64,000 nucleotides of DNA from assembly GCA_964016885.1 (NCBI GenBank), contig OZ024743.1:79732001-79796000 (forward strand), given 5' to 3'. The translations under genes were made by a program, and so were the position numbers. Positions 15,381 to 28,647 of the stretch are shown here, piece by piece. Every line of letters starts with the position of its first letter. Positions within the stretch are counted from its first letter, which is position 1. This DNA is from Eledone cirrhosa (lineage: Eukaryota). A model generated the notes under the pieces. The model saw nothing but the letters and a program-made list of their open reading frames with translations. It did no database searches and was not told the origin of the DNA.

Positions 15381-16485
15381 TCAATAAAGAAAGGAGTTCT
15401 ATCAGGCGGTCCTAGCTCTCTGTCACTTACTTATTTTACAGTTATGTAAATAACTAATAAATGGAAGCAACTTTACCAAATATTTAAGGAGTTGGCTTAG
15501 TTCCCGGTTTCGATTCCAGTGTAGCATCTTAACTAAATGTTATTTATTTATCATAGCCTCATGTTGACTCATTCATGCTTTGTGAGTGAAATTATTTGCA
15601 TTGATGTACCTGTAATTAAAAGGGTCAACTTGTCACAAGCTGTGGTAGGCTGAATCTTTCTTTGAATAACCTTAACGATACACGTGCTTGTGGAATTTTT
15701 AGACCCTTAAACGTTACTTTATGAGCAGTCTGTTCCGTTGATCAAACAACTGGAAGACTCACCGTTGAAACCGACGGAATACCAGTTCAATCAATGAATC
15801 TATATATTTTACCTTGAAAAATATTTTATGTTGGTTTAAACGAGGGAGTGCTGTTTACTCTAGTTAATATCAAAGGAAAGATAAACCACTTGAAAGAGAA
15901 ATGTCCCTGAATCTTAATTATTTTGTTTTTATTTGTTTAATTCCTCGGTAAATGTTATTATTGTAGCTGTAAATATTTTATTTTGTTATTTCACATCAAA
16001 TCACAATTTTAATAACAACTGCTAAATGATAATAAAAGTGATATTAATAACAATAACTACCTAAACATACATGTATAATGTAATAATATTTTACAGGGAT
16101 AAGTTTTTCGACATATAATGGGCGATATTTTGCGGCAAAATAATTGAATTATTGTAAAACTATTTTAATTACTGGATGTATTTAGAAATACAATTTCCGA
16201 TTTTGATCCATTTATGATATTTTTATAGTTTCCAAAGAATAGAAGGTAAATTAATAAGAGATAGGGTAGTATATAGACTCTAGTTATATCAGAGACTAAT
16301 TTCCCTTCCAACATATTTAGGTTGGCAGCATGTGTCTATAGATCTAACAGTGTTTAATAACTGAAAACACAGAATGAGGATCGTTTCCATACAAAATGCA
16401 ATATAAATGTTTTTAAAGAGATAATATAATTTTGAGGCATATTTCAGAAACTACTTTAAAATAGATTATGTCACTTTAGCCCAAC

Positions 16486-17798
16486 CTGGTGAAGCCACAT
16501 GTTAGACATGAAGCTACAGTATACGTGTGGGTCTAACCAGGTCTGGTGAAGCCACATGTTAGACATGGAACTACAGTATACATGTGAGTCTAGATTGGTG
16601 AAGCCACATGTTAGACATGAAGCTACAGTATACGTGTGGGTCTAACCAGGTCTGGTGAAGCCACATGTTAGACATGGAACTACAGTATACATGTGAGTCT
16701 AGTCTAGCCTGGTGAAGCCACATGTTAGACATGAAACTACAATATACATGTGAGTCTAGCTAGGTCTGGTGAAGCCACATGTTAGACATGGAACTACAGT
16801 ATACACGTGAGACTAGCCTAGACTAGTAAAGTGACATGTTAGACATGAGACTACAGTATACATGTGAGACTAGCTAGGTCTGGTGAAGCCACATGTTAGA
16901 CATGAAACTACAGTATACGTGTGGGTCTTGCTAGGTCTGGTGAAGCCACATGTTAGACATGAAGCTACAGTATACATTTGAGACTAGCCAGGTCTGGTGA
17001 AGACACATGTTAGACATGAAACTACAGTATACATGTGAGTCTAGTCTAGCCTGTTGAAGCCACATGTTAGACATGAAACTACAGTATATATGTGAGTCTA
17101 GCTAGGTCTAGTGAAGCCACATGTCAGACATTAAACTACAGTATACATGTGAGACTAGCTAGGTCTGGTGAAGCCACATGTTAGACATGAAACTACAGTA
17201 TACATGTGAGTCTAGCTAGGTCTGGTGAAGCTACATGTTAGACATGAAACTACAGTATACATATGAGTCTAGTCTGGTGAAACCACATGTTAGACATGAA
17301 ACTGCAGTATACATGTGGGTCAAGCTAGGTCTGGTGAAACCACATGTTAGACATGAAGCTACAGTATACATGTGAGACTAACTAGTTCTGGTGTAGCCAC
17401 ATGTCAGACATGAAACTACAGTATACATGTGAGTCTCGCCTAGACTGGTGTAGCCACATGTTAGACATGAAACTACAGTATACATGTGAGTCTAGACTAG
17501 ACTGGTGTATCCACATGTTAGACATGAAACTACAGTATACATGTGAGTCTAGCCTAGACTGGTGTAGCCACATGTTAGACGTGAAACTACAGTATACATG
17601 TGAGACTAGCCTAGACTGGTGAAGCCACAAGTTAGACATGAAACTACAGTATACATGTGAGTCTAGCTAGGGCTGGTGAAGTCACATGTTAGACATGAAA
17701 CTACAGTATACATGTGAGACTAGCTAGGTCTGGTGAAGCCACATGTTAGACATAAAACTATAGTATACATGTGAGTCTACCCTAGACTGGTAAAGCCA
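16486..17798. repeat. ~59-bp tandem satellite, about 22 units
   Basis: Consensus ctggtgaagccacatgttagacatgaaactacagtatacatgtgagtctagctaggt. Confidence 0.95.
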
Positions 17799-17975
17799 TG
17801 TAGATGTCAATATTATTTAATTACCTCATCAGTTGATTCTGACTGTTTATGAAGACTCTACAATCTTATTCTCCTCTCATTCAATATATACACATGTGTG
17901 TTTTTCCACCCCATTTTCCACGTTCCTTCCTCTCATCACTCTTTACTTTCTATTTGTCTTCTAATTCTAACTCTA

Positions 17976-18011
17976 TCTTCTGATGAATGACTAGTGTCCG
18001 AAACGTTGAGA
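17976..18011 (+). ncRNA. Minimal hammerhead motif (slightly degenerate)
   Basis: tctt-CUGAUGA-at gac tagt gtc c-GAAA-c-GUU-gaga; palindromic AACGTT helix III. Confidence 0.55.
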
Positions 18012-18092
18012 CTCTCTTCCTGTTATTTCAAGCGATAAACTAATATATTTCTTCCGTGTACTGTGCCATTTGTTTTGTTATTTCTGTTTACC

Positions 18093-18210
<118 letters not shown>

Positions 18211-18775
18211 TCTTTTACTCTTTTACCTGTTCCAGCCATCCGGCTGAGCCCATGCTGGGGTACCGCCCTTGAATTAAAAATAGGTTGTTCTGAAGTAGCA
18301 GGTCAATGTGCATATGTGTAAGAAAGATCATATGATCTCTTCCGTCCTTGTCAAGGGGAGTGCTAACCGTCTCTCCCACATTTTAAAAAATTTAAATTTA
18401 AAGACTGGACATTTAAAGAATCCCGCAGAAATCCCATTATTTAAGAAAAAATAATAATAATAATGTTTTGAAGATGAACCTAATGTCTATTTTTTTATAT
18501 TCCTGAAAAATGAGAGAATAGATAAGATGAGGAAATGTAACATAAACCCAAACATATATTATTCATAGCTACAGTGGAATCAATCTTACTGTATTCCTGT
18601 GAATCATGGTTGGTGACAATATCTATCATCAAAGCTTTAGATGGTTGCTGCATACGTTAAAAAGGATAAAAAACAGCAAACCTCTTCATTGTGTTACAAA
18701 CAAATCTCTCTTCAGCAACCTCCCATGTCAGGCATTTTCAACTTGTCATCAGAGGCAACAAACATGCTATACTGC

Positions 18776-18826
<51 letters not shown>

Positions 18827-18831
<5 letters not shown>

Positions 18832-18939
18832 GAGTCAGAACCCCGACGGCAGAGGTCAAGCCGTTTTGACAGCTACTTCTGGACAAGAAATAGCTGTCGA
18901 AACGGCTTGAGCTCTGCCGTCGGGGTTCTAATTCTTTTC
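18827..18939. repeat. Fold-back hairpin (~55-bp arms) of a short element; relative at 43055-43110
   Basis: gaaccccgacggcagag..gacagcta pairs with tagctgtc..ctctgccgtcggggttc. Confidence 0.85.
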
Positions 18940-19399
18940 TTATTACCCACTCTACTACCCAAAGTATCGAGTACTCTGGTGCGTTATGGTCCACCTGGTT
19001 CCTTACCACACTTCCTTCGTTATATATATATATAGTTATACCATCCATGTCATGAGAGGCAACAAACCTGCTATAAAACTTTTACTATGGGAACCAACTA
19101 ATGTGAAACGCAAACGCAGGAGACATTTCAAGACATTAAAGAGGGTAATTGAGGGAGATACAGGAATTATCTGGTGAAGAATTGAGGCAGTTAATGTTGA
19201 ATCGTATGAGATGGAAAGGTCTTATAATGTCACCGTAAAAGAGTGGATGAATTTAGTTGTAGTAGTTACAATATTCCGCGAAAAGAAATTAGTTTATTCA
19301 AATAAATTATAGATACATATAGAAAGAATCGTGAATATCATATTGTTTTTTTTTTAATAAACCAGGTCCTCATGAGAAAGATTTTGCTTTGGAAAGTGT

Positions 19400-19992
19400 G
19401 CTCCAACTTAGATGGTAGGTGATATTGATGTCTTGGAGGTCCCAAATATGGCCAGAAAGTGCTGTCACGTGTCACCGGTCGGGTTTCTAAATGAATGTTG
19501 GTAGTACCGGGTCTTAAACTCACAGGCGATTAAACCGATGTAGTACTTGTTGGAGAGTTCCACCCTCACATTGCACTGGTAGACCACGTTTCGTTCGTGG
19601 CATCTATTGTTGAGGGGGCACGATGATCTATCCAGACAGTTACACCTCCTAGTTTGTTCACCGCTAATATCGTTGTTGTTTCTTCTGTTAGAGAGGAGTT
19701 TTTTTATTGTTTGATGAAGCTTTGTACAAAGTTGGGTGCAGAGCTGTAGGAAAGTTTAACAGTGTTTCTATTTTTTGATGATACTGTGGTAGCGGTGTCG
19801 GGGTGGGAAGTGTTTATCGAGAAGATCTTCCCAATTGGTGTTGCAACCTCAGTATTGTGAGGAGGGTTGAACCACGTTACGTGGCGTGAGCGGCGGCATC
19901 ACCTGCTGGATCCACTAGAAGGGCCTGGAATAATAGGAAATGTCCTCCCGGAAGACGCTTCTTATGAGGGCTTGGTTGTAATATGGGGCGTG
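19400..19992 (-). mobile_element. Degraded Penelope-like fragment, Naiad/Chlamys-type post-RT region
   Basis: Minus translation has RHVTWFNPPHNTEVATPIGKIF and NRNTVKLSYS followed by a CNC motif. Confidence 0.65.
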
Positions 19993-20080
<88 letters not shown>

Positions 20081-20119
20081 TATTATTATTATTATTATAT
20101 ATATATATAATTATTATTA

Positions 20120-20225
20120 TTCCCGTCGAGGTTAACTTTGCCTTTCATCCTTCCGGGGTCGATAGAATAAAGTACGAGTAATGTATTGGGTAATTGCTGG
20201 CCTTGTGCCAAAAGTAGAAACAATT
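20120..20225 (+). mobile_element. tRNA-derived SINE, 3' part
   Basis: cgaggttaactttgcctttcatccttccggggtcgat..gctggccttgtgcc..agtagaaacaatta. Confidence 0.8.
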
Positions 20226-20239
20226 ACTATTATTATTAT

Positions 20240-22185
20240 TATAGTTGCATTTATCTTGCTTTATGTTCATACGAGTTATCACCAAGTCACAACCAGTGAC
20301 CTCAAGAGACAACAAGGTTCGCCATGTTCAAGAAAGAACATACATACACACACATGCATCTTTAGGTGTTTAGACTTGTGATGTACTTATATTGACAGAA
20401 TCTTCCTTAGTATATGGGCAGTTCCCATTAGTACTATATTTTGTATTTCTCCTATACGCGGGTTTCCTGGGATTTGCGATAAGTAATCATTAGACCCCTT
20501 AGGTATCATTCCTAGAGCACCTACAACCACTGGTATTGTTTTAGTTCTCAATTTCCACATTTTTCCAATTTCTATCTCCAGGTCCTTATACTTGCTCAAT
20601 TTTTCAAATGTTTTTATAGATACATTCTTGTCTATTGGAACGGACATATCAATTAGCAGGCATACCCTCATTTTAAAGTCCTTCAGTATTATATCAGGTC
20701 TATTTGCATCTATTTTTCGGTCTGTTTGGATGCTAAAGTTCCACAAGATTGAGATATGATCTTTTTCAAGTATGGGAGGTGGTTGATGCTGCCACCAATT
20801 CTTTTGATGGGGCAGGTCAAATACATACATTATCCAATGTATGTATTGTGCAACTCTGTCATGCCTGTTTAGGTATTCGGTTGGAGCTATATGACTGCAC
20901 ATTGAAATTATATGATCAATGGTCTCTGGTTATTTTTTACATACACGGCATAATGGGTTGCATCCATTTTTTATTGTGTTGGCTTGGTAATTTTTTCTTG
21001 GCAGACACTGATCTTGTGCTGATATAATCAGTCCTTCAGTCTCCGATTTCAGTCCAGAGAATGCCAAACACTGATGGGTTAAAATTTTGTCAACATCAGG
21101 ATTGTTAGCTCTTTCTGGGTATTTTCCATACAGAGGCTTTTCTTGCTATTTCTTAGCCAGTTTCTGTAGCAGTTCTTTCTTTGCAGTTACTTTTACCTGC
21201 TTTGCCTTATCTGTGATTTCCATTTCAGCAGTAAATGGGACTTCTGAAATTTGTAGTCCATTACTGTATCTTTGTGCATCTTTTGTAATGGAGTATGATC
21301 TTTTGATTCTTTCGTGTTTCAAAACGAGTTTGATCCAATTATGTGATTCCCTTAGATATGTAGATAATACAATTGTTGCAGTTTTTAACGCATTATTTAA
21401 CTGGATTAACCCACGTCCTCCTTCTTTCCTAGGGAGATATATTCTATCCGTAACTGCCTTAGGGTGATGCATTCTGTGCATGGTTAAGAATTTTCTAATT
21501 TTTGTATCGAGCCTACGGATCTCTGTGCTTGACCAGTTGATGACATTGAAACTGTAGGTTACTACTGGTATAGCAAGCGTGTTTATGGCATCGATCCTAT
21601 TCCTTGCATTCAATTCCGTTTTTAAGTGTGCTCTAACTCTGCGGTAACATTCCTTCCTTATCCTTTCCCTCATTGTCGAGTGCTTGATTCCGTCTCCTTT
21701 ACAAACACCTAGATATTTGTAAGTTTCCTCTTATCACATTCCCCCGATCAAGATTAATGTCTGAACTTTTCAGCAGCTTTCCTCTGGTAAACGTGGCTTT
21801 GGCGCATTTATCTAGTCCAAACTCCATTTTAATGTCATCACTGAACTGCTCCACAGTGGATAATAGCCCTTGCAATTTTTCATCATTTTTTGCAAATAGT
21901 TTCAGGTCATACATGTAGAACAAGTGATTAATGGTTTTGTCATAGACTTTATATCCCTGTTTTGTTTCATTGAGCATTTTACTTAATGGTATAAGCGCGA
22001 TGCAGAATAAAAGTGGTGATAAAGAGTCACCCTGAAAATTTTCACAATTAATATTAACTTCTCCAGCTTCCAGTGATTTTTTTTCACTACTCAAAAGGAG
22101 TGTCGTTTTCCATGTCTTCATACTGAATGACAGGAAGCTCCTGACAACGGGAGATATTTTGAAAATCTCTAAACATTTTTCAATA
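20240..22185 (-). mobile_element. R4/Dong-clade LINE (RT + restriction-like endonuclease), 5'-truncated and frameshifted
   Basis: FQGDSLSPLLF, LFYMYDLKL, KCAK, IYLPRKEGGRGL, RHDRVA, RPDII..IDMSVP..EKLSKYKDL; flanked by (TTA)n on both sides. Confidence 0.9.
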
Positions 22186-22209
22186 TTTTATTATTATTAT
22201 TATTATTGT

Positions 22210-22495
22210 TCTTTGAGTCTCAGTCATTGATGTTATTTAACTGGAAAGTTTGTTGAAATGAATATCAAGCCGCTACCTGCAGCCCAAGATATTCAGGACG
22301 TATCGGAGGGTTCTTGCTGTTCCCAGCAAGCATGCCTTTTGAAGTGTTCCAAAAAGCGGGACTGGACTAACTTTCTTTAACCATCCTTGGAAACTCTTTG
22401 AGATAGTACCTAGTTCGCCTATGACAATCGGGATGACTCTGACTTCATGGCAGTTCCAAATCCTTTTTACCTCCCACTTTAAGTTCTGGTATCTT
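22210..22495 (-). mobile_element. Second, divergent R4/Dong-type 3' fragment
   Basis: YQNLKWEVKRIW..VIPIVIGELGTI..LQKACLLGTARTLR aligns with the C-terminus of ORF 20387-20902. Confidence 0.8.
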
Positions 22496-22836
22496 CCCAG
22501 CATTTTGTTGAAAGATGGGTGAGAGAGGCAAGTATGGCCCGAATGAATGGGCCTACTCTGAGTATGTGTCTGTAAATTAAAGGTGGAAAACTGGGAGAGG
22601 GCACTTGCCCTGGTGGTCAAGGTCACTGTGGTCTTTTAATGGGCTTTCTCCACAAATGTCCCTCGGAAGTCTCCCCCCTATTGGGGAATCTTTCTTTGTT
22701 ATTTTATTACATCCTCTGTTTTTTTTACACGCAGAAATGCCCATTTGTACCGTCCTGTACGGTCCTTAATGTCTACTTTATGTAAACCCTTGTGGTTAAT
22801 AAAGAAAACATTATTATTATTATTATTATTATTATT
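22492..22836 (+). mobile_element. Tx1 LINE 3'-terminal fragment with (TTA)n tail
   Basis: Nearly identical to 28313-28647. Confidence 0.9.
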
Positions 22837-23041
22837 GGTGACCTACGTAGTAAATCGTATCATCGTAAGCTCCGCAAAGGTTTGTTATTTTCAGTTGTTT
22901 AAAATTGCCATTCATGGAAAATTTTTATTGTTAACTGTATATAAGTGCACATACATTGTTTTCTGAAAAGGACATTCAAAAAGATTGGGGCCTTGAGCCC
23001 AAAATTTAAACTTTTATAATTATCAAACAAAGATTTTTTCT

Positions 23042-24940
23042 TTGAAAAATAATGGACGACACAGATCACACCTTCCTCACAAACTAACACCTCACACCGA
23101 CACCACCATTGTAAATATTACCACGTTTGCCAACACTAAACATATAAGCAGTAGCAATATTTTAAATTTGTCTCAGGCAGACATTAATTTCCCGCCATTA
23201 CCAATGACTGCAGGTGTTAAAGCCGCCACCCCCACCACCACCACAGCGACAACAGAAACAAAAGAAAAAAATAAATTAACTCGTGATATCGAAATGAATT
23301 CAACCAAAATGAACTCTTCCACACCGAACACCACTGACGCCACCACCACCACAACTGAAACTAAAATTAATAATAACAAAAATAACGATAACAACAACAG
23401 CAACAATGACATTAAGAAAACCACCCTGAGTTTTGCCAGAGTAGCAAAACAGTGCGAAGCATTCCAGGTAACTCAGGAGGAATTAGAAGAAGCCAAAAAA
23501 TGGTAAAGAAAGATGGGTACAGGGTCAGCCCCCCCCCCCCCACCCACTCCACCTAATAAAATGGAGCATCGGCGCCTATGCACCGTGTCTTATCGAACAT
23601 CGCGCCGAGTGGAACGGCATCCGAGTCCCAAATCCAAAAAGCTTTGGGACATGTGTGGGCAAAAAAACCCCACAACAGACGTGGGCAGAAATATGGAACC
23701 GTGGACGTGTTCTTTGAAACACCACAGGAGGCTAGAGAACACTCCATGGCCCCATTAAGAAGTGACGACTTCACACTCGTCCCAAGCTATTGTGGCCAGA
23801 GACTCGTAAAAATCAGGGTGACCCACGTTCCACCGGCCATCGAAATTCCCTGGTTAATAGCTGCCGTTCTCGCCGGCATTGAAGCCAACACCAAGATAAT
23901 CGAAATAGCGAAAGAAAAGTAGGAGAACTGGTCCGGATCAGGGATGGCACTCCTGATCCAAGCGGACCAAAAAAGCATTGAGGAGATCCCAGAGGTAATA
24001 GACCTCACTGACGGCAGCCACCTCACCGTAATCGTCGAGGGCAGAAGGCCTAGGTGTGTCGTTTGTGGTGAAGGAACCCACGTAAGGGCTTTCTGCCCTC
24101 AGGCTAAAAGGTTGAGGCGACCTCTCTTACCCATCCCAGTGACTCAACCATCAACACCACCAGCAGCAGAGATGGCAGCAACAACTGTAGCAGCAACAAC
24201 AAAAGCAACTGTAACAGCAACAACCCCAGCAACAGTAGCAAAACCAACACCACCACCACCCCAAAGCGCCAGAACTAGCACCAGCGCCTACACCATCCAC
24301 CACGCCACAACCAAAACTAACGCCTGTGGAGGATTTTCCACTGCTCGGCCTATCACACTGGAGACAGATTGTGACGACGGGGAGTGGGAAACGGTATCAG
24401 GAAAAAAGAAAAAAAGAAACCAAAAAAGAAAAAATTCTCTTCCTTCCCCCCTCCAAAAACAAAATACATAGGGAAATAAATAAATTAACAAACAAAAAAG
24501 TTAGGACAGATATGCTACCATCCACACCAGTATCACCAACCCCATCAACCCAAACACCATCACCTACACCACAAAAGTCACCAAAATGCGAAACAGAAAC
24601 AAACCCACAACAAACGCAAACAAAACAAAACAACCAAAACGATACACACTACATAGCATTAAATTTGAACAACAACCAATTATTACACTACATCCAACAC
24701 AACACCAGCATCACAGAAAAAGACTACACAACAACCCAAAAATTCACACCACCTCCACACATACAAATCACTCGCATCACACAGAAAACGTACATTACAC
24801 TAAAACAAAAATTCCCCAAAGACATCGGAGACTTCCGACAAGCACTCTCCAGGAGGATTTATAAGGACATCCTGCCTGAGGAGGACACAAGCAGTGAAAA
24901 GGATGGAAAAACCGTCCTTCCTCTACGAGAAGTAAGGTAA
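23042..24940 (+). pseudogene. Tx1 ORF1 (gag-like), broken by stops and frameshifts
   Basis: CVVCGEGTHVRAFC (CX2CX4HX4C), LSFARVAK, GEWETVSGKKKKR. Confidence 0.8.
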
Positions 24941-24974
24941 GTGGTCTTTCCCATCTTTTCCACTCCATTTCAAC

Positions 24975-27900
24975 ATGACCTCAATCAGAATAGGCAGCAT
25001 AAATGCGCGTGGCTTGGGGTCGTCATGGAAGCAGGGCCACCTGCTCAACGACCTCAGGTCACTAAACATAGATGTAGTGGCCATCAGCGAGACCAAAATC
25101 TCCGAAGCACGGGCCTTCGCACCGATCTTCGGCGGCTACGATGTGTACGCATCTCCCAGCCGTCCGGGATCGGGGGGTGGAGTTGCTGTGCTTTTTCGGA
25201 GAGGTTTGGATCTTGCCATACGGGCCATCTTCCTGGACCCAGAAGGTAAGTTGTTGGTGCTAGACGTGACCAGCGGAGACGGGCAAGCTTTCAGGATAGT
25301 GGCGGTCTATACCCCGACAGGAGCAGGGCGGCCTGATTTCTTCCGGCGTCTGGAGACCTTTCTTGGAACGTCCCGCTCTTTAGAGTTAGTGGGCGACTGG
25401 AACGGGATCTTAGATGCACGCTGGGACTGTGTGGGATTAGTGGATAGGGGAGGAGGGTGCAAGAGTCTCACCAACATGCTCAGGCGTTTTGAACTGTCTG
25501 ACAGGTACCGATTGGATTTCCCGAATGTACCAATGTGGACTTGGACAAATCGCATAGGGTCATCCAGATCATATCTAGATAGAGTATTTTGTAGGGAAAT
25601 AGATAGGTCTAGCATAGGCTGTCCACAATTCAAGATAGTCAGCTACACGGACCACAAGTTCGTGATCTGTGTGCTTGACTTAGATAGGCTTCATAGACGA
25701 GGACCCGGCTACTGGAAGCTAAACGCGTCCTTACCAGCGCGCAAGGCCTACAGAGACCGGATTAGCGAACTAGTTAAGCGGGCGTTGACGGGGGCCATCG
25801 TCAACAACAAGTGGTGGTTTGCTATGAAAAGAGCAATTAGAATAGAGTCCATTAGGTTTAGTAAGGCTTTAGCAATAGAGAAAAATAGAACAGAGGCAGA
25901 ATTAGTTAGAAAATTAGACGAGGCCTTTTGCAAAGGCATCGCGACCGACATACTTGCGGCGAAATTGGCCCTTGACCAATTCTTCAATGCAAAGCACGAA
26001 GGCTGCGTTGTCAGAGCTTGGGTGCGTGCTCTCAGACACGAGGGGATGAAAGCCGTTCAATGGGCCCGAGTGGCGGAGGCACGTCGTGGCAACAAAGCCT
26101 CGATTCGATCTTTGGTGGACCACGACGGGCGCATGCTACTCGATCCCGGGCAAATGTGTGAAGCTTTTCAGCGACACTTCGCTCAAATGTTCGGGGGCAG
26201 CGGCGGGCCTGTTTGAGGGATGGACTTTAGTGTCTACCTCGACGGACTGCCGCGGCTCTCGGCCACTGAGGCGGAGTGTTGCGAAAAGCCGATAACAGCC
26301 GCTGAAGTACGGGAGGCAATGACTGGCTGCACAAGGGGTAAATCGCCTGGTTTGGATGGTCTGCCCTATGAACTTTACGTACAAATGCCAGACTTGTTCG
26401 GAGGCCTCTTGGCGGACGTCTACTGCAACTGGCAACAGAACGGGAGAATTCCAAGCTCTGTGAGCCGAGGAGCGGTGGCGCTGCTGAGAAAGGATCCGAA
26501 CAAGGGGGATAGCATAGATAATTTTAGGCCCATAACTCTGCTAAACACAGAGTTCCAGATTTTGGCCAAGGTGCTAGCAAAGAGGTTGGCGCTTGTCGTT
26601 GGTGGTCTGGTGGGAGAGGCGCAGACACGCGCCATTCCCGACAAATCCATCCACGACAACCTCCACCTCATGCGATACATCGTAGAGAGGGTAGCTAGGG
26701 AACCTGGCACGGGTGGGTCTTTGATAAATTTAGATCAGTCGAAAGCTTTCGATAGGGTCGACCATTGTTACCTAGCGGCAGTCCTGAGGGTGGCTGGCTT
26801 TGGGCCCGTCTTCAGAGGCTGGATCGCTGCCATGCACAGCGACATCTGCTCTGTGGTGAGAGTGAATGGTCACCTTTCGGAACCGTTCAACATCATGCGC
26901 TCGGTCCGCCAATGATGTCCCTTCTCGTCCCTCTTGTACGTATTGATTCTCGAGCCATTACTGCACAAACTGGAGGCGTTGAGGGGGATCCCGCGCGAAC
27001 TAGGATGCGGAAGATCCGTGTCAGCATATGCGGACGATGTCACCGTAGTGGTGTCGAACGCCAAACACGTCGAGGCGATGGGCACTACACTAAGAGAATT
27101 CGAAGCGGTGACAGGAGCAATGATCAACCAGGAAAAGTCAGTGGGCCTGCAGCTCGGCACCTGGAGAGGCAGGTCCATGCCGTCCAACAGCGTCGTTGGA
27201 CGCTGGACGGACGGACCGGTTAAATTGCTAGGGGTCTGGTTCGGTCCGGACCTCCAGACGGACAAAAACTGGGACGAGGTGACGAGCAGGGTGGTTTCTC
27301 TCACCCAGAAATGGGCGGAGAGGAAGCTATCCCTGAAAGGTCGACCGGAGGTGGCTAACGTGTACATCGCATCCTTCATATACTACCGCCTGACCGTCGT
27401 ACCTTGTCCTAAGCCCCCCCCCCCCCCTGACTGCACTGGAGCATTTGTGTTCTTTCGCTTTTTGTGGAAGGGATGCGCTCCGATGGTCAGGCGGTCCATC
27501 TGCTGTCAACACCCGCTACGTGGAGGACTGGGAATGCCGTGGCTGATGATGCGCAGACACGCGCTCAGGCTACGACATCTCCACCACTTCCTCGACGGTG
27601 ATCAGGTGTGGTCGGCGTTTGCTAGACACGTCTTTCCCCAGCTCGTCTCCTTGACGGAGCTGCAGTCCTGGGTCAAGCGATGACCGAGAGGGAGCGCTTG
27701 GAGACTGGAATGTCTTCAGGCGCTCATAGCCCTCGTCCAATCGGGCAATGTGATCGGTGGAAACTTCACCTTGGCGTTCTATAGAGGATTAGTGGAGAGG
27801 ATGAGCGACGACGTACTTGGAGAAACTCTAGGCGTCGATGAAAATCAACTAGCCAATCTCTTCGGACGGACTTTAGGGCCGGGGCCTATGGACAACTTCC

Positions 27901-28367
27901 AGAAATCCCTGGCCTGGCAGTGCTACCGGGGAGCTTTGCCAGTTCGGGATAAACTCTACAGGCATGGAGTCAGCCGGGCATGTCCGAGATGCGCGCAGGG
28001 CGACGAAACCGTCCTGCACGCACTCGTCCAGTGTCCGAGTATTGCTGACTTGTGGGTTTATGTCGAACACCTGCTGTCACGTGTAGGCATGATCCAGCTA
28101 TCAGCTGAGTCCATCGTGAGGATTGCCCCGCCCTCTTCCTTTAGCCGGGAAGGGCAGGCAGTTTTTATCTGTCTGGTGGCCATGGCGAAAGAGATAGTAT
28201 GGTGGACAGGTTTGAAAGGGCTGAAGACGAGCACTTATCTCTTAGGTGATGCCCTGATTAACTTTTTCAAATTACATTTGAAAAGGAAAATCAGGGTAGA
28301 GAGGGAAGTGCTCTCTTCCCAGCATTTTGTTGAAAGATGGGTGAGAGAAGCAAGTATGTGTCTGTAA
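24975..28367 (+). pseudogene. Tx1 ORF2 (APE endonuclease, reverse transcriptase, zf-RVT) with three in-frame TGA stops
   Basis: SINARGL, ISETK, VGDWN, SYLDR, TDHK; KSPGLDGL, FRPITLLN, DQSKAFDRVDH, YADD; CPRC..ETVLHALVQC; all four ORF pieces share one frame. Confidence 0.95.
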
Positions 28368-28609
28368 ATTAAAGGTGGAAAACTGGGAGAGGGCACTTGC
28401 CCTGGTGGTCAGGGTCACTGTGGTTTTTAATGGGCTTTCTCCACTAATGTCCCCCGGAAGTCTCCCCCCTATTGGGGAATTTTTCTTCGTTATTTTATTA
28501 CATCCTCTGTTTTTTTACACGCAGAAATGCCCATTTGCACCGTCCTGTATTGTCCTGTACTGTCCTTAATGTCTACTTTATGTAAACCCTTGTGGTTAAT
28601 AAAGAAAAC

Positions 28610-28647
<38 letters not shown>

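Noticed and set aside
15901-15947. MSLNLNYFVFICLIP followed by a gtaaat donor
   Set aside because: Phase 2 end is incompatible with exon A and no open partner exon was found
16486-17798. CRISPR-like periodic array
   Set aside because: Whole units repeat with no unique spacers, no cas genes, eukaryotic context
24975-28367. All three ORF2 stops are TGA, suggesting selenocysteine or readthrough
   Set aside because: One replaces the conserved Gly of RQGCP and another aligns with Arg in the related copy; ORF1 is also broken, so these are ordinary mutations
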